The notes below the pieces were generated by a model. The model was given only the letters and a program-made list of their open reading frames with translations, was not told where the DNA came from and did not search any database. From contig JBMOMC010000043.1 in NCBI GenBank assembly GCA_049325335.1, positions 213,852 through 277,851 of the forward strand: a stretch of DNA of 64,000 bases, given 5' to 3'. A program made the translations under genes and the position numbers. Positions 48,870-59,269 of this stretch are shown here, piece after piece. The DNA comes from Nitrospirota bacterium (GTDB lineage: Bacteria; Nitrospirota; Nitrospiria; 2-01-FULL-66-17). Within the stretch, counting starts at the first letter, position 1. Each line of letters starts with the position of its first letter.

Positions 48870-49856
48870 ATGTCGGGTCCGCATGCCGAGACCGCGGTGG
48901 TCGCCGCCGTTGACTTGGGCACGAATGCGTTCCGTCTTCTGGTGGCCGAGGTCAGCCGCGACGGGCGGCTGACCGTGCGTCACCTGCATCGGGTGTTTCC
49001 TCGGCTCGGCGAGGGGGTCGGGCGGACCGGGCGATTGACCGAACGCGCCATGACCCGGGCCATCGACTCGTTGGCGGAAATCCGCGCGGCCATGGAACGG
49101 TTTCCGATCGACGCGGTGGTGTCGGTGGCCACCAGCGCGGTGCGCGAAGCGTCCAACGCCGCGGAGTTTCTCGATCGCGCGCGGGCGAAGGCGGGGCTCG
49201 ACGTGGAGGTCATTTCCGGGATCGAAGAGGCGCGCCGAACCTGGTTGGGCGTGCGCGCGGGGTTCGCCGCGGTCGGCCGCGCGGTGGGGGACGCCGTGGT
49301 GATGGACATCGGGGGCGGCAGCACCGAACTCATCAGCGTCCGCGGGGGCGAGTTTCACGACGCGATCAGCTTGGATCTGGGCGTGGTGAAGTTGACGGAG
49401 CGGTGCGTGCGCCATGACCCGCCGCGGGAGGACGAACTGAGCCGGTTGCACGCCGAGGCGCGCCGGGCGCTGCTGGGAGCGATCCCCGTGCGCGACGCCG
49501 CGGGGCCTGGGCTCGCCGTAATTGGCACGGCCGGGACCGTCACCGCCGCGGCCGTCCTTTCCATGGGGTTGACGCACTACGAACCCGAGTTCATTCACGA
49601 TCGCCTGATTCCCCGTTCCGCGGTCAGAGCGGTTGCCGCGCGGCTGGCGGGCATGACCGCGGAGCAACGGCGAACGCTTCCGTCGCTGGATCGGGGACGA
49701 GAGGACGTCATCCTCGCGGGGCTCGCCATTCTGGGGGAGACCCTCGATCTGTTCGGAGCCGAGGAAGTGCGTGTCAGCGAATACGGGTTACGCGAGGGGC
49801 TGGTCATTGATTGGGCGGAGCGCCACCTGATATCCGGGGTTTTTCGGAAAGCTTGA
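48870..49856 (+). CDS. ppx: Ppx/GppA family exopolyphosphatase
   Basis: DLGTN, ATSAVREASN, EEAR, DIGGGSTE, GLREG. Confidence 0.9.
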   Translation: MSGPHAETAVVAAVDLGTNAFRLLVAEVSRDGRLTVRHLHRVFPRLGEGVGRTGRLTERAMTRAIDSLAEIRAAMERFPIDAVVSVATSAVREASNAAEFLDRARAKAGLDVEVISGIEEARRTWLGVRAGFAAVGRAVGDAVVMDIGGGSTELISVRGGEFHDAISLDLGVVKLTERCVRHDPPREDELSRLHAEARRALLGAIPVRDAAGPGLAVIGTAGTVTAAAVLSMGLTHYEPEFIHDRLIPRSAVRAVAARLAGMTAEQRRTLPSLDRGREDVILAGLAILGETLDLFGAEEVRVSEYGLREGLVIDWAERHLISGVFRKA

Positions 49857-49945
49857 GTCGCGGATGAACCTGTGGCATAATCCCACGATTCCGACCGCCG
49901 CCCGTGCGCGGCGGATGGCATTCATAATGAAAGGGGCTCTGTTCC

Positions 49946-50770
49946 GTGCCGCAACCGATTAAAAGTCCGGTCAACCACCCCGCTTTTGACCCGAACGAAT
50001 TGATTCGGGCGGATCGGGTGCAGGATTGGTTCCTCAACAACCTTCGTACGGTCGTCACCGTGGTCGGGATCATCGCCCTCGTCGGCTCGGCGTGGGGCGT
50101 CATGGCGTTTGTCCAGCACCGGGCGGAGAAACGCGCCGCGGAATTGTATGTCAGTGCGTTGACCACGTTTCAGGGAGCGCTCACGCCGGAGCGACAGCTT
50201 CGCGCGCTGGCGCCGGATACCAAGGAGATCGTCGAACGCGCGATCAAGGAATTTCAGGCCGTGCGCGACCAGTACCCTCGAACCGCGCACGGGGCGATGG
50301 CTTTGTACCATCAGGCCAACGCCTCCGCCATGCTCGAGCGGTACGACGAGGCGGTGTCGGCGTATCAGACGTGGTTGTCGGCCTATGCTCAGCAACGGGA
50401 GCTGCTGCCGCTGGTCACGATTCGCTTGGCGTATACCCTCTGGGCCAAGGGCGACACGCAAGAGGCCCTGACGCGTTTCGAGGCGGTCGCGAACATGCCG
50501 GACGCGCCAAATCGCGATATGGCGTATTTTGAGAAGGGGCGCGTGCTTGAACAGATGGGTCAGAAAGACCAGGCGCTTGAAGCGTATACCACACTAGCCA
50601 AGGACTTCGCCGCGTCGCCCTGGGGCAGCGAAGGCAACGCCCGGATCATCGCGTTGGGCGGCACGCCTCCCGGAGCGGCCCCCCCCAAGGCCGCCGAAGC
50701 ACCCCAGGCTCCGGCGGCGGGCCAACCCGCCCCGACCGCATCCGGCGAACAGCCGGCAGCCGCGAAATAA
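49946..50770 (+). CDS. Membrane-anchored TPR protein (YfgM-like)
   Basis: Single N-terminal TM, TPR helices, Pro/Ala-rich tail. Confidence 0.75.
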   Translation: MPQPIKSPVNHPAFDPNELIRADRVQDWFLNNLRTVVTVVGIIALVGSAWGVMAFVQHRAEKRAAELYVSALTTFQGALTPERQLRALAPDTKEIVERAIKEFQAVRDQYPRTAHGAMALYHQANASAMLERYDEAVSAYQTWLSAYAQQRELLPLVTIRLAYTLWAKGDTQEALTRFEAVANMPDAPNRDMAYFEKGRVLEQMGQKDQALEAYTTLAKDFAASPWGSEGNARIIALGGTPPGAAPPKAAEAPQAPAAGQPAPTASGEQPAAAK

Positions 50771-50844
50771 CTCGAATTAAGTAGAGACAACCGAAAGACG
50801 TTGTTCCCGAGCAGGGCGCGGAACACCCCCTGCGGAGGTCCTTC

Positions 50845-50894
50845 GCACGCTCTGAGCCCGTCGAACCACGCTCCAGACTTTTGCAGCAGCCTGC
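50845..50894 (-). repeat. Terminal-repeat + TTCGAC unit, partial element
   Basis: Minus strand reads (TA)GCAGGCTGCTGCAAAAGTCTGGAGCGTGGTTCGACGGGCTCAG; end is 15/17 identical to the 24329 terminal repeat; overlaps the TAG of the transglycosylase gene. Confidence 0.65.
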
Positions 50895-52405
50895 TACGAC
50901 TGCTCGGCGTTGACGTACAGGCTCAACCGCTGTCCGGCCCGGATCGGACTTCTCGCCCCGAGGCCGTTCCACTCGCGGATCTTCGCCACGGTGGTGTTGA
51001 AACGTTTCGCGATGCCCCAGAGCGTGTCGCCGCGACGCACGCGATACCGAAGCGGCTTAGCGGCATCGAGCGGTTCCTCAACGACCAATGCCGCGTTGGC
51101 CACCGACGAAGAGACGGATTCCTCCTCGATCGAGCGATTCCCGGTGGGAACGAGGATTTTCGCGCCGCCCCGGACGCTGGAGCGTTTGAGGTGGTTGATG
51201 TCGCGGAGCGTTGATGTGGTGGTGCCGAATTTTTTCGCGATCGACGCCAAGGTCTCGCCGCGTCGGACCGTGTGTTTGACCCAGACCGTCTTCTCCCATT
51301 CCGGGATGTTCGCGAAATTTTCCTGGAATGTGGCCTTGGTCCCGAACGGCAACTTGAGGCGGTAGTTTTCGTAGTCGATCGGGGTCACGCTTTGTTTCAG
51401 TTCCGGGTTGAGTTCTTTGACCGCTTCATAGGGGACGCCGGCTGTTTTGGCGATCAATTTGAGGTCGGTCGGACGATCGATGACCACTTCGTCGAACCGC
51501 AGCGGTTCGTGGTAGTTCAAGGTAAACCCGTATTTCTCAGGATTTTTGGCGATGATGGTCGCGGCCATGAACTTGGGGACGTAGTTGCGGGTCTCGGGCC
51601 GCAGGTAGTGGGTGGTGCGAAGGTCCCAGAAGTCGTCGGCCTGCGAGCGTTTCATGGCCCGACCGACTCGTCCTTCTCCCGCGTTGTACGAGGCCAGCGC
51701 AAGCGGCCAAGAGTTGAACATGGCGTAGAGATCTTTCAGATAGGCAGCCGCCGCGTGGGTTGATTTGACTGGATCGCGACGTTCGTCGATCCACTCGTCG
51801 ATTCGAAGTCGGTACTTCTTCCCGGTGCCCTTCATGAACTGCCAGGGGCCCACTGCCCGCGCGCGTGAGTATGCGTATGGGTTGAACCCGCTTTCAATGA
51901 GGGCGACAAAAACCAGGTCTTCGGGGAGGTTGTTTTCCCGAAAGATCTGCCGCATGAGCGGCAGGTATCGGCCGGATCGACTCAGCCACAGTTCGGTTTT
52001 ATCGCGAATTCTGGTATTGAAGTAGTCGATATGGGCTTCTACGCTGGCGTTGAGAATAATCGGTACGTCGTACGTGGTGGGTTCGTCCTCATCGCTCTCG
52101 GGCGCGGGTTCTTCAATAATCGCCACGTGGGGCGTTGTGTGGTCAGCGGATTCGGGCCATGTTGCGGCCGGGGCCGCCTCGTCGGCCGGGGAGGATGGCG
52201 CCGAGTGCGTGGCGACCTCGTCCACCGACGGAGGAACGACCGCCTGATCATATGACGGGGAAACGCTCGGTTGGGCCGGAGCCGGTTGCGACGGCTGGAC
52301 GGCGCGGACCGCGGGGCGCGCCAAGGTGGCTGTTTTCGGGGGCGGCGCTGCGGCGCACGCCGTCATGACAATCAGTAATGCCGGAAGCACGGAGATCCGT
52401 CTCAT
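50894..52405 (-). CDS. Lytic murein transglycosylase with LysM domains (MltD-like lipoprotein)
   Basis: MTAC lipobox, IESGF, GPWQFM, ASYNAGEG, ETRNYVPK, two LysM (V.RG[ED]TL..IAK.F). Confidence 0.9.
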   Translation of the reverse strand: MRRISVLPALLIVMTACAAAPPPKTATLARPAVRAVQPSQPAPAQPSVSPSYDQAVVPPSVDEVATHSAPSSPADEAAPAATWPESADHTTPHVAIIEEPAPESDEDEPTTYDVPIILNASVEAHIDYFNTRIRDKTELWLSRSGRYLPLMRQIFRENNLPEDLVFVALIESGFNPYAYSRARAVGPWQFMKGTGKKYRLRIDEWIDERRDPVKSTHAAAAYLKDLYAMFNSWPLALASYNAGEGRVGRAMKRSQADDFWDLRTTHYLRPETRNYVPKFMAATIIAKNPEKYGFTLNYHEPLRFDEVVIDRPTDLKLIAKTAGVPYEAVKELNPELKQSVTPIDYENYRLKLPFGTKATFQENFANIPEWEKTVWVKHTVRRGETLASIAKKFGTTTSTLRDINHLKRSSVRGGAKILVPTGNRSIEEESVSSSVANAALVVEEPLDAAKPLRYRVRRGDTLWGIAKRFNTTVAKIREWNGLGARSPIRAGQRLSLYVNAEQS

Positions 52406-52428
52406 AAGGCTCCTCAACACATTGCGCG

Positions 52429-52541
52429 ATGCTACTGATTTCTCAACCACGGTGTCAACCTTAGGTTCCTAATTCTAATAATAATTTATGGAGGGTGAAA
52501 TGGACGTACCGGAAGTATAGGCGCGACCGGACGGCTGTCAA
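52429..52541 (-). promoter_or_regulatory. Tandem putative promoters for the transglycosylase gene
   Basis: TTGACA-N18-TAGCAT (52458-52429) and TTGACA-N16-TATACT (52541-52514), with an AT-rich tract between them. Confidence 0.5.
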
Positions 52542-52613
52542 CACGCGCGGCGCGCCGCGGGCAATTGACACCCGTGACCGCGCCGTGCTACACGAAGGTC
52601 CTTGCTCGCCGGC

Positions 52614-53483
52614 ATGTCGATCACCAGACACTCCATTCGTTGCGTGGCCGCCGCGGTGCTTGCGTGGCTGGCGGTCAGCCCGTTTCCCGATCACGCGCGC
52701 GCCGCGGTCGTCGAATGGTTGCCCGCCGCGTCGCTGTTTCGCCCGTTGGCGGCCGATCCACGCGAGGCGCATCATAGTTTGCGATACGTGGCGGGGTCCG
52801 GTACCGCGCGCGGGGAGGCGTCGTTCGGGGACACGTTCGGCGTGGCGCGGATTGCCTCGGACTGGACGGCGCAGGTCGGGCTCCAAGCGTCGGTGTTCAC
52901 CCGGTTTAATCGCGACATGGACTCCGCCGGGTTTCTCGACATCAACAGCGCGGACTACACGTTGTTTATCCCGGTGGACGTTCGATTCGATCGCGTCGTC
53001 GTTCGTTCCGGCATCGGACACCTCAGTTCCCATCTCGGCGAAATCGAGGCGCAACGACGAATTCATGATGGCGAGGCGCTGTTTTTTGATCGCAGCTTCC
53101 TCTACCGCCGCGACTACGCGCGCGTGGTCGCGGCGTGGGATGTGACGGACCGGCTCAGAATCTACGGCGGGGCGAGTGTTGCGGTGCACCTGACTCCGGA
53201 GGGCGGGCGAACCGCCGCGCAGACCGGGGTGGAGTGGTTCGGCCCGCCGCGAGTTTCGGGGAGGGTGGTCCGGCAGTGGTTCGCGGCCGCGGACTTGCAA
53301 ACATGGGCTGAGTCCGATTGGGCGGCCAATGCCAACGTCGAAGGCGGATTGCGCCTGTCGCGCGCCGATGGGGAGCGCGGGATTCGATTGGCCGTCTCGG
53401 GCTATGCCGGGCGGTCACTCCAACGCGTGTTGGCGCAAGACCGTGAACGGTATCTCAGCGCGGGTTTGGTGTTCGAGTTCTGA
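52614..53483 (+). CDS. DUF1207-like outer-membrane protein
   Basis: Signal peptide, LFRPLAADPRE, INSADY, HLSSHLGE, C-terminal VFEF. Confidence 0.7.
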   Translation: MSITRHSIRCVAAAVLAWLAVSPFPDHARAAVVEWLPAASLFRPLAADPREAHHSLRYVAGSGTARGEASFGDTFGVARIASDWTAQVGLQASVFTRFNRDMDSAGFLDINSADYTLFIPVDVRFDRVVVRSGIGHLSSHLGEIEAQRRIHDGEALFFDRSFLYRRDYARVVAAWDVTDRLRIYGGASVAVHLTPEGGRTAAQTGVEWFGPPRVSGRVVRQWFAAADLQTWAESDWAANANVEGGLRLSRADGERGIRLAVSGYAGRSLQRVLAQDRERYLSAGLVFEF

Positions 53484-53522
53484 CGCGGGTGCGCCTGTGG
53501 TGTCGGGAATCCGGGCCGGTGA

Positions 53523-53924
53523 TCACAGGGGGGCTTGCGGCTCGGCGTTGAGCCGAGCCAGAAATTCTTCGGGCACGCGCCGCGGTTTACCGCGTTCGTC
53601 CACGCAAACCAGGCGGGCGGCGCCCTCCACGATAAGCCGGTCGTCGCCCGTGCGGTAGATCTCGTGGGCAAAGGTGAGGCTCGTGCGGGTGATGTCCACG
53701 ACGTCGGTGTCGATCTCCAGCACGTCGTTGTACCGGCCGGGGGAGCGGTAGGACACTTCCGTGTGCGCCACCACGAACAGCAGGCCTACGGCCGCGTAGG
53801 CCGCGACCTCGATGCCGCGATCCCGTAGATACTCGGTGCGCGCGCGCTCGAAGTAGCGCAGGAAGTTCGCGTAGTAGACCACGCCGCCGCAATCAGTGTC
53901 CTCGTAGTAGACGCGGATCTGCAT
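53523..53924 (-). CDS. YbgC/FadM family acyl-CoA thioesterase
   Basis: RVYYEDTD.GGVVYYANFL.YFERARTE. Confidence 0.9.
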   Translation of the reverse strand: MQIRVYYEDTDCGGVVYYANFLRYFERARTEYLRDRGIEVAAYAAVGLLFVVAHTEVSYRSPGRYNDVLEIDTDVVDITRTSLTFAHEIYRTGDDRLIVEGAARLVCVDERGKPRRVPEEFLARLNAEPQAPL

Positions 53925-54829
53925 TACCGTCCCTCCAGTCGGTCGCCATGGGCCTCGACGCGTCGGCCCGCACGGTCGCGCATGCCGCAGGCCATGTACA
54001 GCGTGGTGTGAAGGAGCGCGTGTGCGCCGGTGCGCGACAGGATGATGGCGCCCGCGTCTCCCCCAATCCGCCGGCGCATCCAGCCCATCGCCCGACGACC
54101 CGCGGTCTTGGGCGTGGCGCCGCGCGCCAGGTCCGCCGCGATCAATCGCGCGAGGCCGGCGCGGATAATGGTTTCGCCCGTGCCCGTCATGGACACTGCG
54201 CCGGCCCGATCGTCCGCGTACGTGCCCGCGCCGATCAACGGGCTGTCTCCCACGCGGCCCGGCAACATGCGGGTGATGCCGCCGGTGGAGGTCGCGGCCG
54301 CGACGTGTCCGCGCGCGTCGATCGCCACCGCGCCGACCGTGCCGGAAGCGGGCTTGGCCGATTTCATCACTCGGCGATAGAGCGTGTTCCAGGAGGCCGA
54401 CGTCACCGGACGCGGCTCCGACGAGCGGGGAATCTTCTGGGAGCGCGCGAATCGTTCGGCCCATGGACCCACCAGGAGCACGTGCGGCGATGCATCCATC
54501 ACCCGCCGCGCCGCGCGCACCGGATTGCGGATGCCGGTGACCGCGGCCACGGCCCCGGCCGCAAGGGTGCGGCCGTCCATGATCGAGGCGTCGCGCCGCG
54601 CCACGCCATCCAGTTGCCGATACGCGCCCGAGCCCGCGTTGAACCGCCCGCTGGATTCCAGCACTACCACCGCGGCCTCCACGGCCTCTACCGGCGAGCC
54701 GCCGTGTTCGAGCAGCGCGTACCCCGCGTCTAATGCCTGCGCGATGACGGCCAACGCGCGGGCGCCGGGACGACGGCTGCCGCACCCCCCGTGCACGAGC
54801 AGGATCGGCGCGCGGCTCCGCGCCCTCAC
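53924..54829 (-). CDS. Isoaspartyl peptidase / L-asparaginase (Ntn hydrolase)
   Basis: VHGG, FNAG.G, DASIMDG, GTVGAVA, TSTGG, GRVGDSP, TGTGE. Confidence 0.9.
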   Translation of the reverse strand: MRARSRAPILLVHGGCGSRRPGARALAVIAQALDAGYALLEHGGSPVEAVEAAVVVLESSGRFNAGSGAYRQLDGVARRDASIMDGRTLAAGAVAAVTGIRNPVRAARRVMDASPHVLLVGPWAERFARSQKIPRSSEPRPVTSASWNTLYRRVMKSAKPASGTVGAVAIDARGHVAAATSTGGITRMLPGRVGDSPLIGAGTYADDRAGAVSMTGTGETIIRAGLARLIAADLARGATPKTAGRRAMGWMRRRIGGDAGAIILSRTGAHALLHTTLYMACGMRDRAGRRVEAHGDRLEGR

Positions 54830-56676
54830 GGCGCGGGCTCGACGCGCCCGCCGAGGTGTGTGGCCAGGAAGCGTTCCGCGACCGCGTAGAATCGCAGCCG
54901 GTTTTCGGGTTTGGCGAACCCGTGGCCCTCGTCCGGGAACAACACGTACTCGTACGGAATACCCTTGCGTTTCATGGCGTCCACGATCTGTTCGGACTCG
55001 GCTTGTTTCACGCGCGGGTCGTTCGCGCCGTGGGCGATGAGGATCGGCGCCTTGATGCGATCCACGAAGAACAAGGGCGACCGGCTCTTGAGAAAGGCGG
55101 CTTCGGTCGCGGGGTTGCCCACCCGTCGATGCTCGATGGCGCGGAACGTCTCCCAGTAGGGAGGGATGGTCTCGATCATAGTGATTAGATTGCTGGGACC
55201 CACGATGTCCACCGCGCAGCAAAATAGATCCGGCGTGAATGTTGCGCCGACCAACGCGGCATAACCGCCGTACGACCCCCCGTAAATGGCCACGCGTGTC
55301 GGGTCCGCGATCCCGGCTCCGACCGCCCATTGTACGGCATCAATCAGGTCGTCATGCATCTTGCCGCCCCATTCCTTGTCCCCCGCGTTCAGAAAGCGCT
55401 TGCCGAATCCGGTCGAACCCCGGAAATTGATCTGCAAACACGCGTAGCCGCGGTTGGCCAGCCACTGGGCTTCCGGGTCATAACCCCACGTGTCGCGCGC
55501 GTGCGGGCCGCCGTGGACATTGACGACCATGGGTAGGCCGCGACGCTCCGGCCCTGGCGGGTACGTAAGGTAGCCGCGTAATGTGAGACCGTCGCGCGAC
55601 GTGAGATCGAGCGGCTCCATCGGCGCCAAGGTGAAATTGAGCAGATCCGGCTTGCTGTGAAAGAGCAGGCGGCCGCGTGTGCTGCGGCGGTCATAGGCGA
55701 AAAACGCGGTGGGTTCGCGATCCGACGTAAACGCCACGATCCAGGTATGATCCGCGTGGTCGCGGCTCATGATGGACGCATCGCCGTGGTGGAGGCCGCG
55801 GATCGCGTCAAAATCTTTGCGGATCGACGGGTCGAGCACGGTCCACTCGGTCCGAGCGCGATCAAACGCCACGGCCTGGATCTCGTACGTGTCCGGGTGG
55901 ATCATGACTCCGCCGATGTCGAACTGCTCGTCGTGCGCCAGCACGCGGCGGTTGGCGTCGGCGAGCCGCAGCTCGACCAGTTGGTTCGTGTCGCTCCCGC
56001 TGGCATCCTCGAGGTAGATCGAGGTGCCGTCTTTTGAGAAACCCACGGGTTGGCTGTTGAGACTGTCGTCCGCGCTCCAGGTAAGAAGTGTTCGCCAGGT
56101 GGTCTCCGGGGAGTCACGAATCAATAGCTCGAACCCTCCGTCCGGCGTGGCCTTGAGCGCGCCGCGCACGTCAAAGCGCGCGTCCGTGACCCATGATGCC
56201 ACGTCGCCCGGGTTCTTGGCCGCCGGACGCATGTCGCCCGTGCGCAGGTCCAGACGGTACACGTCGTGGTACCGCGCATCGTCCTTGTTCATGGCGATCA
56301 GCAGTTCGTGCGGGAAATGCTTGTCGCGATCCACGATTTGTACCTGCACCTCGGGAAACGGCGTGAGATCGCGGACGACCTTGGTGTCCACGTGGACTGC
56401 ATAGAGCCGCCAGTTCTCATCGCCGCCGATGTCCTGCAGGTACACGATGTGGTGTCCGTCCGCGGCCCACAAATAGAACCGGATCCCGCGGTCGTGGTCG
56501 TCCGTGACCGGCTGGGCGTCGGTTCCATCGCTTGAACCCACCCATACGTTGAGCACGTTGTTGACCGGCGCGAGAAACGCGAGGCGTGTCCCGTCGGGAG
56601 AAATCTGGGGGCTCGTGCGCACTGGGTTGCCGAACAGCACGGTGCGGGGGATCAAGGGCGGTTGCGCGGTCGTCAT
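54826..56676 (-). CDS. S9 family (prolyl oligopeptidase-like) peptidase
   Basis: HGGP, NFRGSTG, GGSYGG, DPRV, DEGHG. Confidence 0.92.
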   Translation of the reverse strand: MTTAQPPLIPRTVLFGNPVRTSPQISPDGTRLAFLAPVNNVLNVWVGSSDGTDAQPVTDDHDRGIRFYLWAADGHHIVYLQDIGGDENWRLYAVHVDTKVVRDLTPFPEVQVQIVDRDKHFPHELLIAMNKDDARYHDVYRLDLRTGDMRPAAKNPGDVASWVTDARFDVRGALKATPDGGFELLIRDSPETTWRTLLTWSADDSLNSQPVGFSKDGTSIYLEDASGSDTNQLVELRLADANRRVLAHDEQFDIGGVMIHPDTYEIQAVAFDRARTEWTVLDPSIRKDFDAIRGLHHGDASIMSRDHADHTWIVAFTSDREPTAFFAYDRRSTRGRLLFHSKPDLLNFTLAPMEPLDLTSRDGLTLRGYLTYPPGPERRGLPMVVNVHGGPHARDTWGYDPEAQWLANRGYACLQINFRGSTGFGKRFLNAGDKEWGGKMHDDLIDAVQWAVGAGIADPTRVAIYGGSYGGYAALVGATFTPDLFCCAVDIVGPSNLITMIETIPPYWETFRAIEHRRVGNPATEAAFLKSRSPLFFVDRIKAPILIAHGANDPRVKQAESEQIVDAMKRKGIPYEYVLFPDEGHGFAKPENRLRFYAVAERFLATHLGGRVEPAP

Positions 56677-56714
56677 AGGATGGTCGTTGGATGCCGGTTG
56701 ATGGTCTGGTATTG

Positions 56715-56742
56715 GTAGGGGCGCACGGCCGTGCGCCCCTAC
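56715..56742. repeat. GTAG-type REP palindrome
   Basis: Perfect 28-bp palindrome GTAGGGGCGCACGGCCGTGCGCCCCTAC; contains the stop codon of the 56739-57281 gene. Confidence 0.85.
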
Positions 56743-57281
56743 GTGGTCATGGGCAAATGAATCAGGGCCATGACCACGGCTTGTTTGGCGTACGCGCGGC
56801 GCGTGAGGCGGCCGTTGGTCAACACGCCGATCGCGCCTTCCGCCGCGCCCAGCTTTGCGTTGTTGCTCAACCCCGCTTTCACGAACGCCTGGGTCACGTC
56901 CAGACCCTCGTCGATCACGAGCCGCACCACCTCCGGAGGATATTCGAACGCCGAGGCCAGACCCAGGTGGTCGCGGCGGCCGTCAAAGATCGCGCACGCG
57001 CACACGTTCATGTAGCCGCTCTGCGTGTGCGGGACCGCGAACAACCCGTCTTCGATGCCGACACTCAGGGCGCAATGTCCGAACGCGTTCCGCGCGCGGT
57101 TGATGGCGCCGCGCAGCGTGTCATCCAATGACGTGGGTTGTTCGGCGACTCCGGTAGCCACGTCGCGCGGGACCAGGTTGAGCGCGCCGAAGCGCCCTGA
57201 TTCGGCAAACACCTCGCGCACGGCGTCGATTTTTACGGGGTTGGTGGAGCCGATGTGAACAATAAACGGAACGTCGGACAT
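56739..57281 (-). CDS. yjjX: Inosine/xanthosine triphosphatase (YjjX-like)
   Basis: GSTNPVK, GV.EQP, GA.NRA, GIEDG, GAIGVLT.G..TR. Confidence 0.85.
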   Translation of the reverse strand: MSDVPFIVHIGSTNPVKIDAVREVFAESGRFGALNLVPRDVATGVAEQPTSLDDTLRGAINRARNAFGHCALSVGIEDGLFAVPHTQSGYMNVCACAIFDGRRDHLGLASAFEYPPEVVRLVIDEGLDVTQAFVKAGLSNNAKLGAAEGAIGVLTNGRLTRRAYAKQAVVMALIHLPMTT

Positions 57282-57300
57282 AACGATGGGACGTGGTAGG

Positions 57301-57690
57301 CTACCCCCCGATCACCGCGTCGGCTTCGATCTCCACTAGCATGTCGGGGGCGATGAGGCGGCTGACTTCGACCATGGTGGTGGCGGGCCTGACCGCGGAG
57401 AAGACTTCGCCGTGAGCCTTGCCGATCTGTTCCCATTCCGCGATGTTGGTCGCAAAGATCCGAGTGCGTACCACGTCGTCGATCCGCGCGCCAGCCTGTT
57501 CCAGCGCCGCCTGAATGTTCTTGAGCGCCTGTTTGGTCTGCGTGTAGGCATCACCCGGTCCCACAATTTTACCGTCCGGGCCCGTGGCCGTGGTGCCTGA
57601 AACAAACACGCGCGCCCCGACCTTCACCGCGCGTGAGTACCCGATGATGGGTTCCCATTTGCTGCCGGTGGAAATATTCTCGCGACTCAT
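57301..57690 (-). CDS. RidA/YjgF family protein
   Basis: [42 protein letters not shown]. Confidence 0.9.
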   Translation of the reverse strand: MSRENISTGSKWEPIIGYSRAVKVGARVFVSGTTATGPDGKIVGPGDAYTQTKQALKNIQAALEQAGARIDDVVRTRIFATNIAEWEQIGKAHGEVFSAVRPATTMVEVSRLIAPDMLVEIEADAVIGG

Positions 57691-57805
57691 CTCGCTCCCT
57701 CCTGACTGGTGAGGCCGCAGTATGCCACAGCGCGGAGCGATTTTGCTAAGATGGACGGACCCATAAACCCGGAGCAACACGCCGATGTCGCCTGAGTCGT
57801 TACCC

Positions 57806-59269
57806 ATGGCCTACTCGCCAACGCCGCTGTCACTCTTGCCCCGCATGGCCAACCGACATGGACTGATCGCGGGCGCGACCGGGACGGGCAAGACCGTGAC
57901 ATTGCGCGTGCTGGCGGAGCAGTTCTCGCGCATCGGCGTGCCGGTGGTGATGGCGGACGTGAAGGGGGATCTGTCGGGGTTGGCGCAGCCCGGCGCGGAA
58001 CACCCGAAGGTCAGCGAGCGCGTGCAAAAACTCGGGCTCAAAGATTTTGCGTTCGCGCCCTGTCCGGTGGTGTTTTGGGACGTGTTCGGCGAGCAGGGAC
58101 ATCCGCTGCGCGCCACGGTGTCGGACATGGGGCCATTGTTGTTGGGCCGCCTGTTGAATCTCAACGAGACCCAAGGCGGGGTGTTATCCGCGGTGTTTTC
58201 GTTCGCGGACGAACAAGGGCTGTTGCTGTTGGATATGAAGGATCTGCGCGCGTTGTTACAACATGCGGCGGTCAATGCCAAGACGCTCAAAGCGCGTTAC
58301 GGCAACGTCACGAGCGCCACCGTGGGGGCGATCCAACGCGGGCTGCTGGCGCTGGAGGAGCAGGGAGGCGATCGCTTTTTCGGCGAGCCGGCGTTGGATC
58401 TGAACGATCTGATGCGCGCCGGACTGGACGGCCGCGGGGTGGTGAACATTTTGGCCGCGGACAAACTGTTTCAGGCCCCGACCTTATATGCCACGGTGTT
58501 GCTCTGGATGCTCGCCGAGCTGTTCGAGAACCTGCCCGAGGTCGGTGATCCGGACAAACCCAAGTTGGTCGTCTTCTTCGACGAGGCCCACCTGTTGTTC
58601 GCGGACGCGCCCAAGGCGTTGCAGGACAAGATCGAGCAGGTGGTGCGGCTCATTCGCTCCAAGGGCGTGGGTGTGTACTTCGTGACGCAGACGCCGTTGG
58701 ATATTCCCGACGCGGTGTTGGGCCAGCTCGGCAACCGCGTGCAACACGCCTTGCGCGCGTTCACGCCGCGCGATCAAAAGGCGGTCAAGGCCGCGGCGCA
58801 GACGTTCCGCGACAATCCGAAGCTGGATGTTGAATCCGCCATCACGGAACTTGGCGTTGGTGAGGCCTTAGTGTCATTCCTCGATGAACAAGGCCGGCCC
58901 TCGGTCGTTGAACGCGCGTTGGTACGACCGCCCGCCAGCCGCTTGGCCCCGCTCGCGCCCGCGGAGCGGCAGGAGGTGATGCGTCGATCCCCGGTGTCCG
59001 GGCGGTACGAGCAGACGGTAGATCGTGAGTCCGCGCATGAACGGTTGTCCGCGCGCGTGGGAGGCGGCGAGTCGTCGGCCGGTCCAGCGCGGCTCCCGGC
59101 CGATGCTACGCTCCCGCCGAAGCCGACCACGCGGCAGGTCCCGAGCGTGGTCGGAGCCGCGGCCATGAGCGCGGCGCGCGCGATCGGGAGCCAAATCGGC
59201 CGGGAACTGATTCGGGGGGTGCTGGGGTCGCTGCTGGGCGGCGGAACCGCTGGACGCCGCCGTCGATAG
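57806..59269 (+). CDS. DUF853 / YjgR HerA-like ATPase
   Basis: [45 protein letters not shown]. Confidence 0.9.
   Translation: MAYSPTPLSLLPRMANRHGLIAGATGTGKTVTLRVLAEQFSRIGVPVVMADVKGDLSGLAQPGAEHPKVSERVQKLGLKDFAFAPCPVVFWDVFGEQGHPLRATVSDMGPLLLGRLLNLNETQGGVLSAVFSFADEQGLLLLDMKDLRALLQHAAVNAKTLKARYGNVTSATVGAIQRGLLALEEQGGDRFFGEPALDLNDLMRAGLDGRGVVNILAADKLFQAPTLYATVLLWMLAELFENLPEVGDPDKPKLVVFFDEAHLLFADAPKALQDKIEQVVRLIRSKGVGVYFVTQTPLDIPDAVLGQLGNRVQHALRAFTPRDQKAVKAAAQTFRDNPKLDVESAITELGVGEALVSFLDEQGRPSVVERALVRPPASRLAPLAPAERQEVMRRSPVSGRYEQTVDRESAHERLSARVGGGESSAGPARLPADATLPPKPTTRQVPSVVGAAAMSAARAIGSQIGRELIRGVLGSLLGGGTAGRRRR

Noticed and set aside
52490..52520. GGAGG followed by the 6-aa ORF MDVPEV
   Set aside because: Too short to support; lies within divergent promoter sequence
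8360..59269. Arg-rich C-terminal tails on PepA, LarB, MurJ, RecN and the DUF853 protein as a shared targeting signal
   Set aside because: No common motif; high GC and stop-codon drift explain them
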